Below the pieces are notes generated by a model, which did not search any database, was not told the DNA's origin, and saw nothing but the letters and a program-made list of their open reading frames with translations. DNA of 64,000 nt. Source: Haliotis rufescens (Eukaryota). The stretch lies in the NCBI RefSeq assembly GCF_023055435.1, contig NW_025963802.1, positions 35,774,001 to 35,838,000 of the forward strand, read 5' to 3'. Below are positions 1 to 11,998 of this stretch, in pieces (positions within the stretch are counted from its first letter, which is position 1; every line of letters begins with the position of its first letter). Made by a program: the position numbers and the translations under genes.

Positions 1-336
1 CATTTATGTTTTGTTGTTAGGTATTTGCTGTAATCTATTGTCAATCGAACATCCTCCACAGTTGTATGGTGATGTAGACGACAGTTTCATTTGGTGGTAG
101 CTTACATCTTGGTGATTTGGGCTGGAATAGGTTCTCAGCAAGTGTCATGGTGACAAATTGGGATCAGATGGGCAGGCATGAAAGACAACTGATGAGTTGG
201 ACACAGCAATTTATCACTGTCAGGTAGATCTTGCGTTGGGCCCATAGTTTCAAATGAATATGGGTCCTTATAGCCTGCAGTAAATTTATGTGTCAAATTG
301 TTGGTCACAATAATCTGCATGGTTTATTTAAATGAG

Positions 337-613
337 TGAGTGAGTGCGTTGGGTTTAACGCCAATTTTAACAGTATTCCAGTTATATCACGGGATGTCAG
401 CTTAATGTGGGAGGAAAGCCCGAAATGATGCAGGTCTCGGACGTTTACTACTTCGGTGAAACCCACGAGCACGGGTATTGTGCTGATAAACCTAGAAACA
501 TTATCGGTGAACCGGAATTCAAACCCACAATCATAGGTTTCTGGCGTGCCAAAGGGACGCAACTCTGCACAGCGAATCGCACCGCCTTAGATGACTGGGC
601 CACCCGTGCCTCC
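337..613 (-). mobile_element. tRNA-derived SINE, family C
   Basis: tRNA-like head (gggtggcccagtcatctaaggcg...ggtttgaattcc), (ACTC)n tail, 13-bp TSD ttatttaaatgag at 324-336 and 614-626. Confidence 0.85.
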
Positions 614-909
614 TTATTTAAATGAGGACCTGAAGAGTTTAGTCAGGGACTGCAGCTTCTGAAGTCTGTGGAACCTGATGGGAGCCTGGCAATTTTTTTT
701 ATAAAGAACCAAAAAGGTACCGGTATTAATCATGAATATTTCGGGGGATATTTTTAAGAACTTGTGTGCTCTGTCAGTCTTCACAACAAAAAAATGTCTC
801 CCAAAATATTCACGATCCCTAACTCTATTTGTTCAGTTTGTTTCAAACACTGTAGGCATTGTGACTATACCTTAAAGTTTGAGCTTCGTAGCCTCAGATA
901 TTTCCAACC

Positions 910-1163
910 TATAGTCTTCAGCACCCCATGCTTGCCGTAAAAGGCGACTATGCTTGTCGTAAAAGGCGACTAACGGGATCAAGTGGTCAGGCTCGCTGAC
1001 TTGGTTGATGCATGTCATCGGTCCCAATTGCGTGGATTGATGCTCATGATATTAATCACTGGATTGTCTGGTCCAGACTCGATTATTTACAGACCGCCGT
1101 CATATAGCTGGAATATTGCTGAGTGCGGCGTAAAACAACAAACCAACCATCCAACCAACCAAC
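910..1163 (+). mobile_element. Non-tRNA short retroposon, family B (5'-truncated)
   Basis: Matches copies at 8866, 10444, 39479, 39900 and 60009; tail gctggaatattgctgagtgcggcgtaaaacaacaaac. Confidence 0.85.
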
Positions 1164-2135
1164 CTGTGAAGAGCTGAAATACTGTTGATGCAGTTAAAGC
1201 AATATTTACTCAAGCTGACATAATTATTCCTCTGACGATCAGTGTGCATTCAAAGCATAGGTCAGCTCCCAGGAGAGTATACAGTTGAGAATTAACCCCC
1301 ACCCCCTCAGATATTTCAACATTTTCTTCATTCTTAAAACAATAACATTGATAAATGGATCGGAACCATTTGAACAACTCTGTGTGATCATTTGTATTTG
1401 CTTGGTCCAGTGGGAGGAGACTGCGTTTGCAGAGGTCAGCATCACATTCAGCTACATGTCATCTTCATCTTGTTTCAAGTGATTCTCAACTTGATCTGTG
1501 CTCATCGCTCTACATGACATGTTTGTAAAGTCCCTTGTGCCAATTACTGAGAAACAATAAACTAGAAAAGACCACAACGGTTTATTAATGCATACACTGA
1601 TAATGATGGGTTATGAAAGTATGTGATCTACAGAGTATAACTACATGCTGCTATGGTAGGCAGGTAACTGTATTCTAGTATTCTACTCTTCCATTTACAT
1701 AGGTATGAAGGTCCAGATCTGCCTAAAGCTGTTCCCTGTCCTATCATCCAAGACTGTTCACAGTGTGACTAGAGCATAGGCCATTAGGTCCAATTATGAT
1801 CGATCACCTCATGCAAAGTTTCTTCATATTCTAGGTATGACCAATTTAAAATATTGTTGAATGTTTTTTGTTGGTCAGTCTACCATGACAGGATATCAGA
1901 TAAAAGAATGACCAGGTGGATTTGAGATTATTTTTTTAAAAATAATGTTAAAATAAGTGTTTAAACAAATACAGAAACAAAAGATATTTTTAAGATCACT
2001 CATGCAAAGCAGTTTTAATAGATTTCTTTAACCTTTTTGATAAAATGAGGATAGACGTGTCCCAAAAAATGGCCTCTCCTGAACAATAATCTGAAAGTTA
2101 ATATTCATTATTGTTTTCAGTCCCTCCATAGCTAA

Positions 2136-2454
2136 GGCTGAAAAAAGAATAGTCTTGGTTCTCAGGCACCGCCCACATCATCATAAAGTTTGCCACACAT
2201 TTTGTTTTTATTTCCATTTTGAAGAAAACAAAAAAACTTTAATAAGTCCAACTGTAGTCAAATACAGTATTCCAGTATTTTACTCATCAAGGAATACAAC
2301 GGTGGCCCTTTCCCAGGTTGATTGTACACATTGTTTATTTGGCTACACAACTATTTATTTGGTTACATAGTATGAACCTAAAAAAATAAGATCCGCCCGC
2401 CTATATTTTGAAAAAAACATTGCCTGAGAACCAATTCTGTTATTTTTTAAAGCC
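2136..2454. mobile_element. MITE, PIF/Harbinger-like
   Basis: Imperfect TIRs ggct..aaaaa..ttggttctcaggca / tgcctgagaaccaa..agcc, flanked by TAA on both sides. Confidence 0.6.
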
Positions 2455-2820
2455 TAATTTGATTTTTTTTATTTCTGTCTTGGGCATGATCAAATCTTTC
2501 ATTTAAAGAACACGAAAACAAACCTGTGAGACAAGGCTGTCGGACACATAAACCACGTGAGGATATCAATGTAAATATGTAAATAAATTAAAATACATTT
2601 CATATAGCGGAAATAACACATACACATTGGAATGCATGGTAATGTATAAACAAACTGTAATATATTGGCCAGAATGAATATAACAACTAACAATACAAGT
2701 TCATATTGCAATAATTGGAACTCAAATGATGTCAAACAGTCGAGGAGGAGAGCCTGTGTTGTTACTATAGTGAGTACAAACCACGGACAAACACAGACAC
2801 ACTTGCATTCATGGTGCAGA

Positions 2821-3580
2821 CATCTTCCCGAGGCAAGGGAGTTAACTGACTATAAAAGTCCAGTTTCCACCCTTGCCGAACTAGGCTGGTTCTTAAACTG
2901 TTGTGCAGATTTCGATCGATTGCAGGATTTGCAAAGCATGTGCACCGCCAACTCGTTGTCAGCAGATATTTTCCAAATCTTTTCATGTTTTTAATCAAGG
3001 TGCTCACGTGATTTGATGCATTTCGCGATGTAAGACCCGTTTTATCACAACATAGATCTTGATTATCGATCAGATCGTCCTGACTGGGTGCCACCATTTT
3101 GTGTGAAGCAAATGCAAGTGATACGAGAGGTGGAATCTGATTGGCCCATAGGAGAGGCTTAGAGGTGAGGTGAGGTGAAATGGGGTTTAACGTCGCGTCC
3201 AAGATTATTGCACTTATATAGCGACGTGCATGTACGTGTGTGTTTAACATGAATACCCCACTCTGGGGACAGTATACTGACTCCGAGCCGACCAGTCCTT
3301 GTTTTAGCCCCTTAATGCCGAGAGCCAGACAGGGTAACAACAAGTACCATCTTTTAACGTCTTATGGTATGACGCGGTCGGGGATCGAACCCCGAACCTT
3401 CCGCTCTCCGGGCGGATGCTCTACCACGAGACCACGGAGGCGGTCGGAGAGGCTTAGAAATGACATAACTGGTAATAGCCACTGGTGGCGCTACGATTGA
3501 GCCCAGAAATTCCAGCCTTGTTCGGCAAGGGTGGAAACTGGACTTTTAAAGTCAGTTAACTCTCTTGCCTCGGGAAGATG
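2821..3580. mobile_element. MULE-like MITE (family M1) with a nested SINE
   Basis: About 60-bp TIR catcttcccgaggcaagggagttaactgac...; 9-bp TSD tggtgcaga at 2812-2820 and 3581-3589. Confidence 0.88.
3164..3445 (-). mobile_element. tRNA-derived SINE, family D (probably Meta/MESC-type core), inserted in the MITE
   Basis: A box tggtctcgtggtag, B box ggttcgatccc, (CACCT)n tail, 13-bp TSD ggagaggcttaga at 3151-3163 and 3446-3458. Confidence 0.88.
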
Positions 3581-4983
3581 TGGTGCAGAGGGATGTGTCA
3601 ACACAAGATATCAAACCAGACTTATTATTTTTCTAATCCTATAAGAACTTTCTCAATTATGAGTTCAAATTGAAAATATAAATAAAACATTGTACATTTT
3701 ATTTGGCATTTTAATTTGATATTTACACATTAAGTCTCCACAAAAAGTCAACATTTTTCTATTTTATATGAACTGACCCTTTCATTATTGTTTAGTAAAA
3801 CACTTAAGTAGGTAGAACAGATCTAACCTAGTATAAACAGGCACATGAACCATCAAGACAGACAAAATGCAGGCAAATGTGAGGTCAACAAGAACATTTA
3901 CTGGGCCATTGTGGATCCTGGGTCAATTCGTAAAAACATGTTCAGTATACAAGTGTTAGATGTATTCTCAGTTCACTGGGAGAGTGTTTGATTGGCTGTC
4001 TGTGATTGGTCACCATCCAATCAGATGTTTACAAAATTCAGCAATCATTTGTGATTGGTTACACTGCTCAAAATACAAAGTCAGTGGAAGTGTCGAATGT
4101 CGAGTCCTGCTATGCATGCAACAGTTCAACACACTGGCAAATTCTCCAAAAATACTTAAAAAATACTTCCACACACCATCTTAACAACACTTTCAAATAT
4201 AAGTACAGTTTTATCAAAGTGAATTCAAATTTATGTTTACAATCCTATCAACATTGATTGATATATATTGATATATTTTACCATGGAAATCAACAAGTTT
4301 CTATAGATATATCTTTACTATGATTTGGAATGTCTAAAGACAAAAACAATATCTTAACCATTGTCTTATTTCCCATTCAAAATAACACAGTTGTCTTCTG
4401 AAAATTCTCTGATATGGTTTGCAAAAATACAAACCTATTCAAGAATATCCTTCATATTTTCAAGATATATATTACTAACATTCTAGTTAAATGCATATCT
4501 GATATAACTCAAACCTTACATGACTAAGATATACATTTCATCCATAACAAATATATCACATTTTAAGAGATCAAATCTCTTTGAATGTTCAGTAAGATAG
4601 AGGAGACCACTCTGTCCCTACTATATCACCGTCATATAAAAATAAAACATCAGACAATAGTCTTTATTGAGTAAAGGACAGTGATCAAATCTCCGAGAGT
4701 GCCCAAGGGAACACAGGGGAGACAACTCTGTCCCTAATGCAAATAAATGTAATAAGCACACATATGTGTATCTACAAAGGGTGCTCCCCTAGTTTACTCA
4801 TCAAGGTGACCAATGTGAGAATTTAATACTAAAATGTATAATCAACAGAAAATCTTTAAAATCAGATATAAATATCAACATGTGACCCCTACTACCACCT
4901 GCCCTTACCCGCCCGAACCCCTCCCCACCCACTCCCATGTGACAGGTGGACCTGTGATCAGCTCTGCTCCGCTGGGGCCGACC

Positions 4984-5094
4984 TCATCTCCTCCCCGTGG
5001 GTCGTGTGGCCTCAATTTTGCTCTGCAGGTCGTCGATGCGGATGTCCTTCAGGTGAATCAGATGTTCCAGACGGCGTACTTTGGCTTGCAGTAT
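4984..5094 (-). CDS. SPEF1: SPEF1-A last coding exon
   Basis: ILQAKVRRLEHLIHLKDIRIDDLQSKIEATRPTGRR*; acceptor tgtgtttcag. Confidence 0.92.
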   Translation of the reverse strand: MLQAKVRRLEHLIHLKDIRIDDLQSKIEATRPTGRR

Positions 5095-5381
5095 CTGAAA
5101 CACAACACAAGCCCAGTCTGCAACACCATCTGCCAAGCGATGTATTTCATATCAAACATCTATGACTGAAGGACTATTCCAGTTCACCAACACACATGCG
5201 GTTAAGCATGTGTAACCATGTTCTGCACTTGAATAGCAAATGCCATGATATTTGGATAAAAGTGTCTAGGATCTGGTATGGCTGGCAATGATGTAGTGGT
5301 ACTTGGGTTTATTTGCTATAAAACACTCACGAACAATTAAACAAACTGTGATTCATACACTGCTATAGACTAACATTAAAT

Positions 5382-5448
5382 AATTTATTTTTATTTTTAG
5401 AGTCAGAGACTAAAATTTAGTCTCTGACTCTAAAAATAAAAAAAAATT
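5382..5448. repeat. Near-perfect palindrome centred on 5415
   Basis: tttttatttttagagtcagagactaaa-a-tttagtctctgactctaaaaataaaaa. Confidence 0.9.
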
Positions 5449-5858
5449 CCCTATGCTGATGTGGAATAGAGCTAGCTTGAGCTGGCTAGACTTGCTTTTG
5501 TATACATTTCTAGATATATTTTTTTCATAAAATAAATATATTCCACGGTCATGGTGCAGGACTAACACTGCTAGTCTGACAAATATCATGACTTTTCCAT
5601 GGTATTATGCCATGATTTTCAATAAGAATTACAACAAAATAACAAACATAACTCAATTAATTCAAATTTTACTTGACTTTGGTGAAAGCATTCATTTGCC
5701 TGTCAGTATCAACAGAAAAAAATACTGGTAAACTTTATTTGTATTTTCCAAAACTATTCTAGGCCTGGGAGACTGGAACTGCCATGACATATTCCATGAC
5801 CTGTATGAAACCTACTCCTTCCTTCCTTCCTCACTCACTCACTCACTCACTCACTCAC

Positions 5859-5955
5859 CTGTATCGTTTCATCTTTGGCTAAACATTCCTGTTCCTTCTC
5901 CTCAAGTAAGATTCGAGGGACGACATCATTGTCCATGAAACCTTTGCCCTTTGAC
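5859..5955 (-). CDS. SPEF1: SPEF1-A exon 5
   Basis: SKGKGFMDNDVVPRILLEEKEQECLAKDETIQ; acceptor tctcttccag, donor CAG|gtgagt. Confidence 0.9.
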
Positions 5956-6462
5956 CTGGAAGAGACATTATTATTCAGTTTACATATAACAGGCTGTACA
6001 CAATATCAAGTCACAAGCCGTTTTCTCTGAAACGCAATCTTATTAAAATCAGATCTTTTACCTCTGAAAACATCTCCATAGCTGATCACATCATGTGAAA
6101 CCTGAGCAATCTCAGACCCCCCAGTCTAAATGAAGGATGTGCAGGTTCTAGAGCCAATCAGATGTCAGCTTTCTAAAATGATGCGGCTTCATTTTTTTAC
6201 TGCCTTACTTCAGAAATTTCTACCTTAGCAGACGATAACCACCACAAATAATTACTTATATGCCTCATAGTACACCCTTTTGGGTATGATGCCATGGAAC
6301 TCAGAAATGACAGAATGTATAAAGTATCTACAACAATACAATAGCACAGATTTTCTTTTGTATTCGGAACTGCCCGATTACATTTGGTTTTGCCATACAC
6401 AAATCAGGTATGCTTGTCTGAATGTTTCACCGAGAATTTAGAAGCCTGGACACAGACTGGCT

Positions 6463-6716
6463 CATCTTCCCAAGGCAAGGGAGTTAACTGACATTATAAG
6501 TCCAGTTTCCATCCTTGCCGAATGAGACTGGAATTTCTGGGCCGAAATCCACACGACTGTTAACAAAGGGGATGTTGATTTTGTTACACGATTTTGATGG
6601 GACTATGCATAGACTTGTTAGTCCAGCCAAAATATAACTCCATAATTCCAGCCTTGTTCGGCAGGGGTGGAAACTGGACTTTTAAAGTCAGTTAACTCCC
6701 TTGCCTCAGGAAGATG
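6463..6716. mobile_element. MULE-like MITE, family M1 (short)
   Basis: Same TIR as 2821-3580; 9-bp TSD agactggct. Confidence 0.88.
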
Positions 6717-7150
6717 AGACTGGCTCAGTAGATGGTTCACCTGACACCACCTTCTACTGTGACTCCTCAGATGTGCACACAGAGACGTATTTTATCAGAG
6801 CAAAAGATCTGATTGTAATAAGATTGCCCAAGTGTCCAGGCAGACAAACACTACAATCTGCAATGAAAGTCAAACTCATGTCCTTCCTATTTGACTGACC
6901 AAATCAAGACAACACACCCATGATGACGTGAAAAGTACAAAACGTCCAAAAGAGCTAAATCAAAATTATTCGTCCACATGAGCCAAGTCTATCAGTGGTC
7001 AAAGGAAATACAAGTTGACAAGTGTATGATGCTTTTTCTTGGTAAACAAAGATCTGACACATGACAGACAGACGACTTAAGTTATGCTTGGCTTATACAG
7101 ATGATGCGTATTAAGTATGACGGAGAAGACAGATGGATGCAAGGACTGAC

Positions 7151-7229
7151 CCCTTGTACGGCCCTGCATTGGCCGCCACACCGGGACCTGTCCTGGCCTT
7201 GGGGAGGCGGACTGCTGGTGGCAACATGG
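7151..7229 (-). CDS. SPEF1: SPEF1-A exon 4 (low-complexity linker)
   Basis: AMLPPAVRLPKARTGPGVAANAGPYKG; strong acceptor ttctcttcctctgcag, donor gtcagt; 79 nt bridges phase 1 to phase 2 as required. Confidence 0.8.
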
Positions 7230-7278
7230 CTGCAGAGGAAGAGAACATGTCAGAAGCACGGCACAACACTCTATCAAT

Positions 7279-7653
7279 TAGGGCTGGACGATACACCAAC
7301 TGTGCGATCCGAAACATACCACGATACCTTGCTCACGATCCGATACATATCACAATATTTGTAAGTGCTCGTAACTGTAGTGCGTAACCCATATTTTTCA
7401 CAGACAGGATATTCAAATACCTAGCACACTGATGATTTACAGCTGGCAGTGTCAAGTATGGCGCAATGGATGAAAATATTTACTTTTTCACTACTCATTT
7501 TCACAACTAATTAGTGTTTGGTGTAATTCATAAAAGAATACATTTAAGTTAAGAATCAATACTTTTTACTTAGTGTGCAACTGTGATTGATACTTGTATC
7601 GGGAAGTGAAATATCGCGTTCCATTGATGCATCAGTGTATCATCCAACCACTA
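7279..7653. mobile_element. Non-autonomous hAT-like element
   Basis: Termini tagggctggacgatac / gtatcatccaaccacta; 8-bp TSD ctatcaat/caatcaat. Confidence 0.65.
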
Positions 7654-7801
7654 CAATCAATGCAAATTATTCTGTCCAATAGACGCTTGCAAGATTTCTT
7701 TACACAGTAGTCATGACGACCACTATCATTAATCTTCCTATGTCCAGTGCTGAACTGTAGTCAGGATGTAAGCAACGTGTTATAAAGGGTAGCCCACTCA
7801 C

Positions 7802-8016
7802 CCATGTTCTGGTCAACCTCTGGCTTGTCACTGCTGAGTCCAGAACTTCGGCCCGGTCCCACCCCCATCTGCTTGTTCTTGTGGATCTGATGTCTGGCAA
7901 GGTCGATCTTCGTCCTCACCATCAACATCACCTTCTCTATGACGCCCGGCTTGCATCCCGCCACGCTGCGGATCACGTCCTCCGACAACTGGAAGTTCAT
8001 CTTGTCAAACACCTTC
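7802..8016 (-). CDS. SPEF1: SPEF1-A exon 3
   Basis: KVFDKMNFQLSEDVIRSVAGCKPGVIEKVMLMVRTKID...DQNM; acceptor tctccag, donor G|gtgagt. Confidence 0.92.
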
Positions 8017-8079
8017 CTGGAGACGCGGAACATAAGACAAACTGAAGCAAGTCTCACACACTGACAGATTCATACAGAC

Positions 8080-8553
8080 TAGGGCTGCCATGAATACACT
8101 ATGAGGCGCATACCATTCGTATCACGAATATAGGGTAACAAATACGAATATTAATATACGAATACAATGAGAAGTCAACAGTTGACGTATTACTGTTATA
8201 TTCAGTGAAACAATAACAACATAAATTATTTGACATGGTTTGTTAATTATTAATATAATATACATTTATTTACTCCACTTATCCAGGTACTAGTGTCTGC
8301 TCAAATTTGACAGTGACGAGTGACCACAACATTGTCAAATTAAATATTATAAGAGTGCTGTCTTTGAAGAAATCTATGCATATACATGTACGTAATATGT
8401 GGATATTATGGATGTTTTTAGGTACAGGGTATGTAAATGTACATGATTGCATATTCATAAATATTCGATTCTAGTGGCCACGAATATTAAATTCAATTCA
8501 TGAATGGATACGGTTCATTTCACCGAATATGCGAGAGAATTGTAACAGCCCTA
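8080..8553. mobile_element. Non-autonomous hAT-like element
   Basis: Termini tagggctg / cagcccta; perfect 8-bp TSD atacagac. Confidence 0.8.
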
Positions 8554-8865
8554 ATACAGACCCTCTCACACTTCTCAACATGTTACCACTGATCATTACA
8601 AATAATAACTAATGTAGGCACATACCAAAGACTGTAATTTAAATCACGTTATACACTGTTGACATTTTTCAACAAATTACAGCTTGTCAACTGCATTTTA
8701 ACCAACAGTAGAATGCTAACAACATTAAACTAAATAAACAAAAAAATGTCTGTCCCTTTACCATCTTAACAAGTTGGGTAACATTTGAATGTATTCCTAT
8801 TCACTGACAATGTGTTCTTGATCATCACGCCATAGAATGCAGAAGGATGATACACCATCAACTTG

Positions 8866-9137
8866 ATCTATTTGTTTGTTTGTTTGTTGTTTAATGCCAC
8901 ACTCAGCAATATTCCAGCTATATGATGGCGGTGTGTAAATATTCGAGTCTGGACCAGACAATCCAGTGATTGACATCATGAGCATCGATCCACAAAATTG
9001 GGATACGATGACATGCATCAGCTAAGTCAGTGAGCCTGACCACCCGATCCCGTTAGTCGCCTCTTACGACAAGCATAGTCGCCTTTTACAGCAAGCATGG
9101 GTTGCTGAAGGCCTATTCTACCCCGGATCATCACGGG
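8866..9137 (-). mobile_element. Family B retroposon, full length
   Basis: Head cccgtgatgatccggggtagaataggccttcagcaaccc through the (AAAC)n tail. Confidence 0.85.
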
Positions 9138-9293
9138 CTTCAACTCAACACACTAATTTTGGATCCCCAAAAATTTAACTTAGTAATTGCATAAAACTGT
9201 ATGAACCTGGGTTCAATAAGAACCATTTATATGAAATTTGGTATACATGTTGATGGGACTTGACATGTCAGAGCAAAACAATTTCTCCAATAA

Positions 9294-9665
9294 AACAATC
9301 AACTCTTATCTAATAAAAGCACTATACACACTGATATACTGCTACTTGTGTCACACTACTGGTGTCTTCTCAGTTGCTGGGCAGTATAATAACCACATTC
9401 AGCAACATTCCAGCTATATGATGGCGGTCTGTAAATATTTGAGTCTGGACCAGACAATCCAGTGATTGACATCATGAGCATCGATCCACGAAATTGGGAT
9501 ATGATGACATGCATCAGCTAAGTCAGTGAGCCTGACCACCCGATCCCGTTAGTCGCCTCTTACAACAATCAACTCTTATCTAATAAAAGCACTATACACA
9601 CTGATATACTGCTACTTGTGTCACACTACCGGTGTCTTCTCAGTTGCTGGGCAGTATAACAACCA
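9294..9665. repeat. 102-bp direct duplication flanking an internal family B fragment
   Basis: 9294-9395 repeats at 9564-9665; the insert 9396-9563 copies about 8900-9070. Confidence 0.9.
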
Positions 9666-9864
9666 GTGAAGGGAGAAGGTAGCCAACTATTTATTGATGT
9701 GGGTTTCCAAGTTCCACCCTCTCAAAACTACTCACCCTACTAAATGTTCCCCCCCCCTCACAATCCAGCTCGAACAACATACTCGTCATGTTTAAAACAT
9801 GTTGAAAAATCTCTCACCTAAATTAGATATTGTTTAATTATTACCCACGAAATGTCGACATCTG

Positions 9865-10325
9865 CAGAGCTCCAGATAAGCTTTTAGTGTTGTGGGTATT
9901 TTACCCACGCATTTTAAAATCATTGGGTATCAGTAATTCTATCTGGGTATTCAAATTTCTGTTACCCACTAGTTTTTACACGTGGGTAATTAAGTTAAAT
10001 ATTTAAAAACACAATTAATCTAGTCCCTGCAAACTGGTGTTGTGTGGGTTCGAGAGCTTTATAGGACTCAAAAATACCACAATACTTCCAAAAGAAAGTG
10101 TGATGGCAAATGATCGTGACGTAACTGTCATCGTGGAGTTTGGCAAGGTTGACGGAATGCCTGTTTATAATTTCAAAATAAGTTACTGATTTGCTAATCG
10201 AATACGCAGGGTTACTTCACAATATTTTGATGATACCCACAAGTTTTATTTTTGTAGCTTATCTGTAATGTTCTGTAATTTCTGATGCGTATTCTACGCA
10301 GATACGCAGCTTATCTGGAGCTCTG
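9865..10325. mobile_element. TIR element (hAT-like MITE)
   Basis: TIR cagagctccagataagc / gcttatctggagctctg; TSD unclear. Confidence 0.7.
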
Positions 10326-10443
10326 ACCTGTGTGTAACCCAGCAATGGATGATGTATCTTCAAAACAATGCTTCCCATTGTGTATTTTCAAATGGGTGGC
10401 CATGAGGGTAGCACAGTATATCTGACTGTGTACATGGTGAAGT

Positions 10444-10705
10444 TTGTTTGTTTGTTGTTTAACACCGCACTCAGCAATATTCCAGCTATATGACAGTGGT
10501 CTGTAAATAATCGAGTTTGAAAGACAATACAGTGATTGACATCATGAGCATCGATCTACGCAATTGGGATACGATGACATGTATCAACCAAGTCAGTGAG
10601 CCTGACCACCTAATACCGTTAGTCGCCTCTTACAACAAGCACAGTTGCCTTTTATGACAAGCAATGGTTGCTGAAGACCTATTCTACCCCGGATCTTCAC
10701 GGGTC
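10444..10705 (-). mobile_element. Family B retroposon, full length
   Basis: 12-bp TSD acatgg(t/c)gaagt at 10432-10443 and 10706-10717; 5' end gacccgtgaagatcc. Confidence 0.88.
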
Positions 10706-11280
10706 ACATGGCGAAGTACAACATGCAGTGATACAATGTGTACAACATGCAGTGATACAATGTGTACAACATGCAACAACAGCAGAGTGTGAAGTACATG
10801 CAGCCTTTGACGTCATCCACAGACATACCGGGGTGTCATTGTACAAAACAACCTTAGCGCTACGACTGTCACAGGTCTATGTTAAGGTATGGGTGCTATG
10901 ATCACTTTAGCGCTAAGATTGCTTTGTATAACGGTACCCATGCTGATACAGCGCTGTCATACATACATCTCACATATTGACAGGGTTCATTATTAGCAAG
11001 TTCTAAACAATGGTAAAGTCATGATTATTCCAACATTACTTCAGATGAATATTTATATCACTAATACATAAAAGTTCATTTGGACTGGCTTGCTGGCATT
11101 TGAAATCAAAGTAAGTCTCCCTGACATACACATGTTAAAGCTAGGTGGTGTCTGAGACACAGCTGAGTGTCCCTCCACCCCAGAACACCGATCAGGTAGG
11201 TGAGGATTTACACCTGACGACTATCTGCTGACTTATTGCTTGTATCTGATCAAAATGTTGCTGTATTGTTGCCCTCAACA

Positions 11281-11998
11281 TAGTGTTGCCACCCAGTCTC
11301 AATAACCTCTACCCCTCCCCACCCCTCACAGTGTTGCCACCCAGTCTCAATAACCTCTACCCCCTCCCCACCCCTCACAGTGTTGCCATCCAGTCTCAAT
11401 CACCTCTACCCCTCCCCACCCCTCACAGTGTTGCCATCCAGTCTCAATCACCTCTACCCCTCCCCACCCCTCACAGTGTTGCCAGTCTCAATCACCTTTA
11501 CCCCCTCCCCACCCCTCACAGTGTTGCCATCCAGTCTCAATCACCTCTACCCCCTCCCCACCCCTCACAGTGTTGCCATCCAGTCTCAATCACCTCTACC
11601 CCTCCCTACCCCTCACAGTGTTGCCACCCAGTCTCAATCACCTCTACCCCCTCCCCACCCCTCACAGTGTTGCCATCCAGTCTCAATCACCTCTACGCCC
11701 TCCCCACCCCTCACAGTGTTGCCAGTCTCAATCACCTCTACCCCTCCCCACCCATCACAGTGTTGCCACAGTCTCAATCACCTCTACCCCTCCCCACCCC
11801 TCACAGTGTTGCCAGTCTCAATCACCTCTACCCCTCCCCACCCCTCACAGTGTTGCCAGTCTCAATCACCTCTACCCCTCCCCACCCCTCACAGTGTTGC
11901 CATCCAGTCTCAATCACCTCTACCCCTCCCCACCCCTCACAGTGTTGCCATCCAGTCTCAATCACCTCTACGCCCTCCCCACCCTACCCAGTCTCAAT
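11281..11998. repeat. C-rich minisatellite, about 44-49 bp unit, about 15 copies
   Basis: Unit cacagtgttgccatccagtctcaatcacctctacccctccccacccct. Confidence 0.95.

Noticed and set aside
983-1177. Recurring small ORFs (983, 8797, 39445, 59992; 305, 54245; 25653, 52179)
   Set aside because: Similarity comes from SINE and MITE copies, not from a protein family.
1-1530. Exon-like stretches on the minus strand (135-275, 1210-1530)
   Set aside because: Acceptor-like sites exist, but the frames stop early and no domain is recognisable.
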